From contig NW_002060972.1 in the NCBI RefSeq assembly GCF_000150275.1, positions 1-64,000 of the forward strand: a stretch of 64,000 nt of DNA, in the 5' to 3' direction. The stretch's first letter is position 1; each line of letters starts with the position of its first letter. Made by a program: the position numbers and the translations under genes. This stretch comes from Trichoplax adhaerens. Taxonomy: Eukaryota; Animalia; Placozoa. The notes beneath the pieces are model-generated. The model did not search any database. It was not told the DNA's origin and worked only from the letters and a program-made list of their open reading frames with translations. This document shows positions 38,603 through 50,900 of this stretch, one piece after another.

Positions 38603-40688
38603 ATGGCTTTTGAAAGATTCACACCATATTCATTTACAAGCTGTGCTGTAATATTAATCATTGCTTTACTACCTTATTCTAACACTCAAATTATCATTCC
38701 TACTACAACTGGTTTAGTTAGTGGTAAAATAGTGAACACGAATGGCGTTGATCAGTTCGCCTATCTCGGCATTCCTTACGCTCAACCGCCTGTCGATCAA
38801 CTACGATTTAAGCCACCAGTACCAATAGATCAATGGTCTGGCATTTTAAACGCTACAGGTTATAAAAATAGCTGCCCTCAACAAACACCCATATCTCTTT
38901 TAGATCCAAATTCAACTGAAATGCAAATCAGTGAAGATTGTCTTTACCTCAACATTTTCACACCTAATCCTAGTAGTGCCGGAAATAGGTCAGTACTCAT
39001 ATGGATACATGGCGGTGGATTCAGTTATGGAACCGGCTCATGGTGGCAAGGGCAAATGTTGTCTGCCAACGAAGATATCGTCGTGGTTACAATGAATTAC
39101 CGACTTGGAATCTTTGGTTTTATGACATCAGGTGAAAAGGATGTAAATCAAAGATCTATTCCAGCAAATCTAGGTTTACAAGATCAAAATTCAGCCTTAA
39201 AATGGATTAACGATAATATCGAAAATTTCGGAGGCAACAAAGATCAAATTACAATAGCAGGCAACTCAGCTGGAGCTGTTGCTGTTGCCAATCACCTAGT
39301 TATGCCATCTAGTAATGGATTGTTTAGGCGTGCTATCATACAAAGCGCAGTTTTCAGAGATTCACCATCCTATTATAAAGCTAAATTGACATCTGAGTTT
39401 ACACTTTCCGATGCAAACAAATTCTTTGCACAATATAGTATGGCAGCCAAATGTTATAAAAACACAACAATAGAGACTGTAAATTGTTTAAAAGCTTTAT
39501 CAATCCAACAATTATTACAAATTCAAATGAGGTTTTCTGGAAGTAATCCATATTTCCCCGTTGTTGATGGTGACATAATACCAGAATCAACTTATAAAGC
39601 TTTTGCTTCAGGAAAGTTTGAAAAGGCCGACATTATGATAGGCACAATGCTAAATGATGGCTATTTTTTCTTATTATTTCTGCCTAATATTTCACATGGG
39701 ATCTCACGAAATCAGTTCAAAAACTACATTAATACTAATTTTCCAGCAGCAAGTGAACGTATAAAACTATCTATCCAATATCAATATACCGACTGGGCTA
39801 ATATTAGCTCTCCAGTCGTAAATAGAGATCGATATGGCGATATGTATAATGACTATTTCTTTAGCGTGCCCAGTGAAAATTATGCAGAAGTATTTTCTCG
39901 ATATGTACCAACCTATCTCTATATATTTGCTCATCGAACTGCAGGAACTTCGATGCCAGCATTTGTTAAGGCAGTACACACTTTAGAGATCTCCTATGTT
40001 TTCGGCTATCCATTAGATCCACCCGCAAATTTTCCAGAAAAATTTGATGATACTGATCGACAAGTATGCCGACAGGTTATGTCATACTGGGGCAACTTCA
40101 TTCGTCAAGGGTAAGTAGCCTTTCAGCAATTACTATCTATGTGTGAATATAGTGTTGTAAATTAGATTAACAATCGTAGCAATGAATAATTGCAAGTCTT
40201 ACGTTAAAACTGGAAATAGCTATGGTAGACAAAATTATAGCGCATAAATTAAATTTTGCGAATTCTTAACTAGTGATAGACTGCTATAGAATATATAATG
40301 ATACAAAGTCAATCATCAAATAATTGCCTTTCCTTGATTACGATGATTAAGGAATCCGTCAGATTCAACCTCTGCACTCGCCTGGCCAAGATATGAACAA
40401 ACAAGCAAAGACTACATGTGGATTGCACCTAAATTAGCAATTAAAAAAAATTACTACAGTAAGCAAGTTGCATTTTGGAATCAATATCTTCCGCAACTGG
40501 CTACACTCACAACTGCAACTGTACTTCCAACTCCCAAATCAACAACGACAAGTACAGGATCACATTCATTAGAATCCACATATATGATTGCAATGTATGT
40601 TCTTGCAGGTGTTGCCGGATTATTATTGCTTATTGTAATTATCCTACTTTGCAAATTAAATAAAGGCAAACGGTTATATGTTGTGTAA
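38603..40688 (+). CDS. Type-B carboxylesterase/cholinesterase/neuroligin-family type I membrane protein (exons 38603-40110, 40352-40688)
   Basis: Signal peptide, YLGIPYAQPP, SEDCLYLNI, WIHGGGF, NYRLG, GNSAG, HTLE; phase-2 intron restores RQG|NP..WPRY; Thr-rich stalk, TM helix, short tail ending LYVV. Confidence 0.93.
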
Positions 40689-41221
40689 TAATCTAACTTT
40701 GATTGATAGTCGAATAAATAGAAGTTGATCTCGTTACGATAATATTTTACATTTATCAAAATTTGCTGGTTGCTATAATGTTAAATGGGAAAATATTAAG
40801 TATTAACTTAAGTGTGGAATTGTTGGACTTTCAAAGTAACTTTCTGATTATAAGATCTTAAAGAAATTAAACACGTGCTTTTCTGTTTTCATAAAATTGG
40901 TTTAAAACCACGGCCAAATTTTAAATAAGTTACCATCGCTTTAAAGATCGAGATAACATGACTTTGTGTGCTAAGATTTCACTTTTAGATACCGCTACCA
41001 TTTATCGCATAATATTTATAAAAATGTTTTGTTGGTCAGATTATGTAAGGGTTTGTAGTAGTTAAAAATTCGATTTATTCGTGGATGAGCTAAATAAAGG
41101 ACATTGAAAACTAGCATGCATGCTTTGTTACTGCTACTTCTCTGATTTCTTAGAATAGCCATATCATGAAGTTTAAAAGTTGGCTTTTTAATAAGAAACA
41201 TTTAATAATCAAGCAGTACAC

Positions 41222-41940
41222 TGTATACCAGTAAAATGAGCTTATGGATCAATTTATATGAGTACGGAATATCTACTAATTCATAAATAACTTATAATTA
41301 TGCTCGGTTAATTAGACAATAATATAGCCTAGAGTTATTAAATTTCTTGATATTAGAAAATATTTCTTGATAAGTGATGTTAATCAGTACTAGTTCAATT
41401 AAATATTTCAAGTTTAATGATATCCTATTACGCAAACTTACGTAGATTTTTCTACTAGCCTCATTGCATATTGAGCCCGCTAATAACCTGAGATCAGGAA
41501 TAAGCAAATTGTTCTAAATTATAGTACTACTATTTCTTTATTAACATGGTTAATAATTATAAATCATAAAATATTCTGATGATAGCAGATTATTTAGCTA
41601 CAGCATTAATATGTATGGTGGTTTGGTATTATCACTAAGATGACTAGAAAGAAATCACTAATGGCTTGAATCATTGACGGAAGAACAGAATACGTATATT
41701 TCGGTGATGAAATACTGCTTTAAAGATATAGAGCAAGTATAGCAGTCCAATAAAATTGTGAAACCTGCCTACAAGGATTAATAAATTGATTCCTATTTCA
41801 ATTTCAACTTAATAGAATAAAATTTTCTTTCATATCGGATTGGAAGTAGAACGTTAAAACGATGCTTTAGACTAGAAGTTTTGAAGTAATTTCTATAGTT
41901 TTGGATTCTTGCATGTTCCGAAAAAAATTTAAGGTCTCAA
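41222..41940 (+). repeat. Diverged ~700-bp duplicated segment, copy A (copy B 43352-44065)
   Basis: Shared collinear words: TACCAGTAAAATGA, ATAACCTGAGATC, GATTATTTAGCTAC, ACTAGAAAGAAATCA, AGTATAGCAGTCCA, ACAAGGATTAATAA, ATTGGAAGTAGA. Confidence 0.85.
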
Positions 41941-42103
41941 GAGAAAGAATAATTCATTGCAAGCAGAGTTGCACTCCAACAAAATTTGACATTGATAATT
42001 TCTCCATTGTACCAAATACTAACAATATTGTTTTGATAATAAAAGATACGAAAGTTGGCATTTAAATACTCGAAATCAATTGATCAATGAATGCTACATT
42101 GAG
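41941..42103 (+). pseudogene. Orphan frameshifted exon of an Apaf-1-like paralog
   Basis: Collinear with exon ~50388-50563 (IHC......F-I-NFS-VP-T-NI...LINECYIE|GT) but has a 1-nt frameshift near 42038 and no flanking exons were found. Confidence 0.75.
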
Positions 42104-43351
42104 GTAAATTATCCAACACCATTGATCCTTTGCATCTCTTTACACCGTAACTTTTTTGTTGGCCAATAGACTGAACCTGGACGCATGAAAGCTTTATTCC
42201 TTTAATGTGGTAATAAACGCATGTTTACTACCTAAAGATTAATATCGCGGCTTATATAAATACTAGTTAAATACCCGTTCAAATTTACGGGAAAAAATTA
42301 CGAACTAAGCATTACATTAAAGGGAAATTCACAGCTAGATTATCCTTGTATATATAAATCACTTTCTGATTTAAGTATGAGCAATAGAGAAATTTCAACC
42401 GATCCCAAGGATAACAGCACCTCCATGAAAAAAAACTTCTATGCAACCTGTAGCTATGAAAGTTAGATGTAGATGTAATTCGACCGATCATGATTATTTA
42501 ATAAATTCAATTATCTATATTGACGAATATTATTATTTCGCATTTCATGGATACATTTTTGGACGCATTGCAGGCTTACCTGCCATTAAGCATTGTCACG
42601 ATAAAATGGACAACGATTTCGCTGATGATTGCAAGAAAATAAAACAGCTTTTCATGTAGTATCCGCTATATAAGTTCAATCAGTTCGATTACGGTGTCGT
42701 TTCTGGTTTTCCTTAAAGTTACAAGCATCATCATCTTACCCGAATAGCAGTTCTACTAACACTTTCTACTTTAATTATACTATGGTTCTTGCATCTACTT
42801 CATTGTAGTATAATTCAGATCATTTGTAGCATTTTATATACAGTACGTAAAAACTTTAACGATAATGGAGGCGTTTTATTGATCACTGCATTTCTCATGT
42901 GATCAATTACAATCATCGCTCGCCCTAAGCCTGATCGATGCTTACTCTACTTTAAATAATTGATTACGATTGATTCTTGGTATTTTTATTAAGTTATCAT
43001 CGATGTGTTGAACTACATTATACAACGATACTACTCTATCGCTATACAGATAACGCTGCAAGTTCATGTTATTTTTCTTGTTGCCATGTTGTATTATAAC
43101 TTCCAGGTTTACCTTCATAAATTTCATTTTAATGTAGTAGTGCTCTAGCTGTTAATCCATGCTGCTGCTTCATACCTTATTTACCCCTCGTTATCCCAGT
43201 TAGTAAACTTTTAGGTTAACATGAAAATTTTCAGTTTTTCTCTAAGTTGATAAGTATAAGGAGAATTTGAACAGAACAGTAATTCGCGATTATGCTGGTA
43301 TTGTATGTTAAGATGTCTTTTCTATGGACTTTTATGCTCCTGAAGTTCGCC

Positions 43352-44065
43352 ATGTACCAGTAAAATGAACTGATGAAAGATATTCAAACCTGTTAATTCG
43401 TAAATGTCTTATAATTACACTCGAAAAATAATAAAAAATAGTTTAGCTCAGGGCTATTAAATTATTTGATATTAAAGATTACTTTTGGATAAGTGATCTT
43501 GATCAGTAGCAAATTCAATTAAATTTTTTTATTTTTGATGGAATCACGATGTACGTAATCCCACTTGAGTAATTTTTTAACCTGGATTATTTCATATTGA
43601 GCGCATTACATAACCTGAGATCTGGAACAAGCAAAGTGTTTTAAGTTAGAGAATCATACTGTCTTTTATGATTAACATTGCTAACAATTATAAACTGTTC
43701 TGGTGATAGCTGATTATTTAGCTACTATACTAATTTATGTCATTTTATGGTACTGCTACTAAGATAACTAGAAAGAAATCAAAAATGATTCAAATCATTA
43801 ATGAAAGAACAGTAGCCCTCTACTTTAGTAAGGAAGCAATGTTTTAAGAACGTAGAGCGAGTATAGCAGTCCACTAAAATTGTTAGATCAGCCAACAAGG
43901 ATTAATAATTTGATTCTCACTTCAATATCGACAGAATAAATATAATTTTCACTTCCATATCGAATTGGAAGTAGACGTTAATACGACACTTTCGATTAGA
44001 AGTTATGAGGTAATTTCTATAATTATCGTTTTCTTGCTTGAAGTGAAAGAAACTTTAAGATTTCA
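43352..44065 (+). repeat. Diverged ~700-bp duplicated segment, copy B
   Basis: See copy A at 41222-41940. Confidence 0.85.
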
Positions 44066-44992
44066 TATACTACTAACACTACATTATTAGTGCTGCCTGT
44101 CTTCATTTACAATGGGCGGAGCTGAAAATGCTGATAAATCATTTCGTTTCTATAGCTTAGAAGATTAGATGACCTTGTTCATGATTGATGAATCAGGAAG
44201 TCTTACTAGGCGATTTAAAATATTTAGAATGTAGGTCGATGCTCAAGTTCCGTTTCTTCAAAATAGTCGTTCATCAAACGATTTAGTAGAAGAGGAAGTT
44301 TATAGTTATCTAACAGGAGCAATTTCTAGAATCAGCATTCAACTCTTTTGTTAGCAATATATAACCAATTACGAGATCTAATTATTTGTCATACTTAAAG
44401 GTAATACAAATTTGAAAATGAAGAGTAGAATAGAAAAGAATTATTTTAGAAGGGATCATTGGAAGTTGCAATTAGAAATGAGCTTGATGCCATCATTCAG
44501 TACGGCATAGTGCCATAAAACATGTCGATTTCGTATTTCGTAAAGCTTGGATTCATGGTTGGCAAGGTAGCTAACCAACGCCCGCGCATTCGTGTATTAT
44601 GTCAGGTTCTAAAGCTAGTTGAAGTTGTAATCGTAATGTAAATAAGATTAATAGTACACAGTCTTCTCTTAATTGATTACCTTACCCAATAGGATTGGCC
44701 AATTTTGCTATTTTTATGTGCACGTAAATAAAGAGCATTATTGTCACAGAATGAGTTATAAGTTAATTAATAACTAATAAATCTCTTCAAGAAATCTGCC
44801 GTAAGGATTCTGGAAATAAATCCTACCAAACAAGCATTCGCTAACCAATGGTTATTAACAGCGAATATGACAGTCGATGCAAATTGTAATGCGAGGGAAT
44901 ACAGGATAAACACATCATTATCACTACTTGATAGATTACCATAGCAAATCTATCAAAATGGTTTATGATCGCCGTTATCTAACAGTAAGGAT

Positions 44993-47900
44993 ATGATAAA
45001 GGATGCTCTTGTCAAAGAATCAATTGTAAATCAATTATTGGCTGATAGAATAATTAGCATCAATCAGGTGATCAGGGACAAGTTCGGACAAATAAATAAC
45101 ATTAGTCACGACAGGGCTGTATATGCGTAAATTGAACATGTGGCCATTTGTAGGTTTGTAACTCCGCTTCTGTTTAAGAAATTAAAAAAATCTTTCCTTT
45201 TAGAACTAGTTCTATCATCAATAAATAGCGCTATGCCGGTGGTACTATTTAGTGGATCCTTCTCGAACAATCGTGGTTCTACGGTAACTCATCTCAGTGT
45301 TGTGCTCATTTTAATGACAGATAAATTGGATGCAATTGATAATAATAATATTACAACAGGACGACAATGTCCCTAAGCTTCCACGAGTGGATTGCAGTCA
45401 AACAGTGTCCAACATAATGGAAGCCAACCAATCAAAGATTTGCCAAAATATGCCAATATCAGTCATGCGTCAAAAATTGGTAGAATATTCAGTCATTGAG
45501 GAAGACAGTTTGCAACAAACGAATGAGAGTAGTGATGATGATAACGAAATGGCAAATTTAATATTGGAGAAGTTGGAAAATAGCGGAGATCGAGGGTTTT
45601 ATATCTTTTGCAATATACTAAAGGAGCAATCGGATGAGCAACTCCGATTACTTGGCTTCCAACTTAGCGATGAAGCAAAGCAAACCATGGGCCTTTCGAA
45701 TGATGGTACCCTATTGCATAGAATTGTATTTTGAATATTGAATGATTATAATATTGGCTGAATTTTATATAGATGCATTTGTGATTTTCTGTATCTGATT
45801 GTTTCGTTTTTACTTGATGTTTTCATACAAGTTCTGTTAGATCATATTGATAAACATAAATGCTATTTATGTATCACACTATAACAACTTTACTGAATTT
45901 TCTGATGCTAAATTCATGTTCGTCATATCAATGATTTGTTAAAATGCATTAAGATAGTCGGCATCATTTCGTATCAGTTACAGATAGCTATCCGATACCT
46001 TTGCTAAATATCAGTTTATGATAGTGTTTAAACAAAATGATCGTATCTAATCTATATCATATCATTCTCAACAATCTTTTATCACTTACAGACCTCCTGC
46101 GAAATGTTCCTCCTTTACCACAACATCATTTTATCGTACGAAACGATTTTGCTAATCAAACTGCAATTGCAATTATGAAAATTCACGCAAGCGGTGGTAG
46201 ACTACTCGTTCATGGTCCTTCTGGCACAGGTAAAACTGTTGCCGTAAGTAACTCTTTACAATATGTCATTAGACAGAAGGAGCAATTTCTACCTCATGGC
46301 GTCTACTGGGTTAAAATTGGTAAGTTTACATAACGTCAATTCGATCAAGTGAAATTGCTACTTTAATTTGAATGTATTGCTGCTGGCATGTTATAAGACG
46401 GAAATTACATCATTAGATATTTTGGTTCAGTTTTCAAAATCAGATTTAAAATTTTAAACGTGTTTCTTCTTTAAATTGCACAGGTAAGGTAGATGAACAG
46501 AAATTGTTTGGAATACTGTATAATTTGGCAACTAAGCTGAGAATCAAACCGCAAACTTTTCCGAACTTAAAGAAGCTTAATCAGGCAATCTCTAGTCATT
46601 TTGTGGGTAAACAATACAATTCTACGCTGATTACATTACGATGATTGTGCCAATTGCCTATGAAAACAACTATTCTATCATTTTTATAATGATAAAGTTA
46701 TTCAATATGCGGATATGACAATAATGGTAGAAAAATAACTTTACGATTTTTTTCAAAATTATAGTGAATTCGGATTTATCCTTTACCTTATTCGTCTTTG
46801 ATGAAGTGGAAGAGTCATCCTATTTGAATTATTTAACATTCGCTAAAAATTGTGTCGTTATTTCTACCCAGTCTAATCAAGCTATGGTTGAAAAATTCGA
46901 TTACATTACTCAATCTCAGGCTAGTTTCCTAGTCGATATATAAGTTTAGCCTCGCTAACTCTGCTTAGGTGTAGTAAAAGTGCTTAATAAATTGATAACT
47001 TAGCTTATACGAGTAAATCCATATCGTATTACAATAGTTTTCTAGCTTAAGTAGCTATATGTATGCGATTAATGCTCTTGTGATAATAATTATAATAGGA
47101 GAGCTTTACCCAACAAGAGGCTTCACAGATAATAGCCTCATTTCAAGAAAGTGGGAAAACGGAACCATGGATTAACGATGACGTAGTGAAAAAAGTAGTA
47201 GAAAAGTACCGATCAAGTCCGCAAGCAATCGCTTTAATCGGTGGGACTCAACTGTCATCCTTAGACGAATGGTTAGATATTCAAAAATTTACAGAATCGG
47301 AACCGGTAACCACATTTTCACATACTTTTTTCACCATGGTCATGAATAAACTACCTACAAAGACAAGGGAATTGTTTTCCTTGCTGGGTGTATGTTACAG
47401 AGTTGAAATTCCCATTTCCACTGTCGCTATAATATGGAATCTACCGGTTAATGAAGTATCAGTCATACTGCAAGAATTACATCGACGATCATTGCTATTT
47501 TATTTTAGTAGCAGTAATAAAAGGTAAAAATAATAACAGCTAATAAACGTAAACCATACTTATGGAATCAGGCATTTATACTGAAACAAAATAATCTCTA
47601 TCTGGGCATCTAAGTATCAAAATATATTTACTAAATCATCTCAATCATACGGAATTATCACATGATATTATATTACATGAAGTAAAAGTCGTTACTCATA
47701 AATAGAAATATCAGATTGCAAGGTCATCATGAAATGGGATCTAAATTGATCATTCAAGAGGGAATTTTAAATTTTCATTTCGCTTCCGCTTAATTTCGTG
47801 TCTTATTAACTATCTGTTACCGAATAATTACAATTTATTTATAATCATCGAGTAGATATTACTAATTGAATTTTACGCTAAAATTTGTAGGGGTTACTGT

Positions 47901-50900
47901 CAAATCAATAACTTGATCTTGGACTATTTTCAGCAACCTTCTAATTCGACGTATGTTTCATCTGAGTTTATCAGAAATCTGCATCGTAATGTAATTAACC
48001 GATATCAATTACATTGCGATGAAAATTGGATAATACAAAATGATGATGGTTACTTTTATCGCTATTTTATTAATCATCTGATGGCTGCTGAAAAAGATGA
48101 TATAATTCAGCAAATTTTATCCAATGTTGAATGGATTAACAATCTGTTACAATTACTAAAACAGTCTTCACTTTTATATGCTTACTTGGATCATGTTCAA
48201 GACTATTTGAATAGTAAGGTAAACTAATTGTATAAGATTAATTTTATTTGTTGAATACTTCCTCCATAGAAGTTGATGCGTTGATGCACACTTGAGAAAT
48301 ATTGTCTTTAAATTTTTAAAGAGAGAGAGTCTAAATTATTCTTTCATTTTTTGTAAATTTAGAATATCATAGATATAGCACAATAGCTTCGCAACTAGTA
48401 AATGAGTTTGAAAGCTTTTCCTATTGATTGATATTTGCAGACATGCCGATGCGTTTCTGTAGCCCTTAGAAATGTTTTTGTAACATATTTAAGCACATTC
48501 GCTTTATAAAAGTCTTTAAAATTTTGTAAAACTGGACTGTTTTAAATCAATGATATAATTAAACTAAGGCTGAAAATTTTTAAACAGAATTTAGATTCGA
48601 CCTCCAAGCCATTAGAATTCTTGAGAAAATACGAAATATTTCTACAGGGAAGTTGCCCTGATTTATTGCAGTTAATTTTAGATTTTGCACCTAGTGATAA
48701 TCCCCTCTATCAACAAGCATACGAAAGCGCCTATCGATTAAGTGAGGAAGGGAAAGGCCTTTACATGAAATTAAGGTTGAAATAAATCTTTACTAATTTT
48801 CCTATTCAATGTTGGCAGATTTTGAAAAAGAGTTTTTATATATCTGTAGGCTAATGTTTATCTATCTTATGATGCATAGCTATACCCAAAGTAGGAAAGC
48901 TGATAAGTTCTATGATATACAGAATTTGCCTAAGGAAGAAGATGTGAATGTAAATGAATCAATTTAACTTTATTTAAGTTCCTTTTCATGTCATTGTCGT
49001 ATGCTACATTTAATTTAGAGTAGATACACAAATACAGTGTACATAATCTCCCTTATATTAATCAAAGCCTAACTTACATAGCGAAAGGAAATAATGATAT
49101 ATCTATTTTTGAGTATTGAATTGTTGATATTCTTCGTAGTTAATGGAATTGGTTATCGAAAGAGGTAACACATATACCCCGTTTGAAGGCAGAATTTATC
49201 AATTTGCAGAGAGTTTCGATCATAAAATCAAAGCGCGTGGATTTGGCCCAGTAAGCAATTCATCAATTTTGCCCATGTACCTGGCTATGTTTTATGTATC
49301 ATATTGTTTTTGTATAAATCGAGGAGAAGGAAGATTGTTATGCGTTAATAGTACAATACTTTTAGGAATCTATTTAGAATATATGCGACAAATGTTTTTA
49401 AATGTTCACGCTATAGCGGTTAAGTAAATGACAATGATTTTTTGATATAGAGCACTTTTTCTCCTTTACGAAAGAAATGGTCATTAGAAAATTTATTAAC
49501 TGATAATGTAGCAAGAATACTTATCGATAAGATGCCATTTTCTGCACTAGCTCACTCTTCATTGCAATGGAGACAGCATTTACTGTTTGTTGATGCAATA
49601 TTTCAAAATTAATTAATATTCTTTTCGTTAAAAATTTTTTCTTCATTGCAATACAGGCAATAATTGCTGTTTTTTTTGAAAAGTCATAAATTATGAAAGT
49701 AGTAATAAGTTTCTGTAAGGCAGTTATATTTTTTTTAAGATAGGCTGGCATAATCGCTAGCATATGCAATATTACTGTATTTATTAGTAAGACACCATAA
49801 AAATGTATCATTAATTTTAAATTACGATTTTTGGACAGCATTTATTCTTTTTTGCAATATGTTAGTTATTACTATTTATTGATGCTATGTTACTATGATT
49901 TCTAGCGCTACGGGATGAATCTGTACCAATACAGTTGGGATGTTATTTCTGTTGAAGAAGGATTGCAATTGCCATTTATTCTTCAAAATGGCGAAAAAGC
50001 AATACACTTAGAGGCTTGTACCATCCAGTTTCTTGAAAAAAGCAATACGTCGTTTATGACTATTTCTGCAGAAAAGCATCAATTGCATGTGAGAAAATAA
50101 CTTAGTCTTTAATCGGATTTAAATTAGACAGTAACTGTTAGTAAATTCGCTAATGATACTCTAAATTTGGCTTAGCTACAACTTTAGAATGGACGAGATA
50201 GAATAATTCCTTGCTTTAGATTCAATCTTATCATATGTTCTTACGCTCAATTTTCAAGACTCTAAGTTGTAAAAAGCATTATTAATAGTATCATCCAACG
50301 ATGTTAAATATTAAAAGATTTAGCTTTATTTATATCGTAAGACGGTTAACCTAGACTTATCAAAATTTTTTATCTAAATGACGATAGCTATGGGAAATAA
50401 AAGATGGAATGATTCATTGCAGACGAAGTTCTACCAATACAGAATTTTACATTAACAACTTTTCCTTTGTACCAGACACAACAAATATACTAGTAGCAAT
50501 GGAAAGATATCAAAGATGGAATATGTATATGCCCAAAGATTTGATCAACGAATGCTATATTGAGGTCAACTATTCTACACTAATTATATGTAGTGTACAG
50601 TAGTTTCTTATTATCCCTTTGAAGGCATTTCATAATCTTGACTTCTCTACTGCACTAACATACGAGTACTTCTATCTCAAGATTAATATCTCAGTATATT
50701 ATACGTACCGTACTAATTAGTCCAGATCAAGCTTAATAAATTCATTTATCCTTTCAGGTTTGGACTTTGGAAAATCTTCAGCCTATCTCAAAGATAACAG
50801 TACCTGCTCGAATTAATAGTTCACTTAAACCTCTGACTGGAAAGCCTGATCCAAGCAATCATCTAATATCTTATGTTGGTCATTTTGATGATAGCCATTA

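Noticed and set aside
39399-40759. Antisense and alternative-frame ORFs over the esterase (likewise 10488-10862 and 57719-58585 elsewhere)
   Set aside because: Shadows of real genes or of the MITE.
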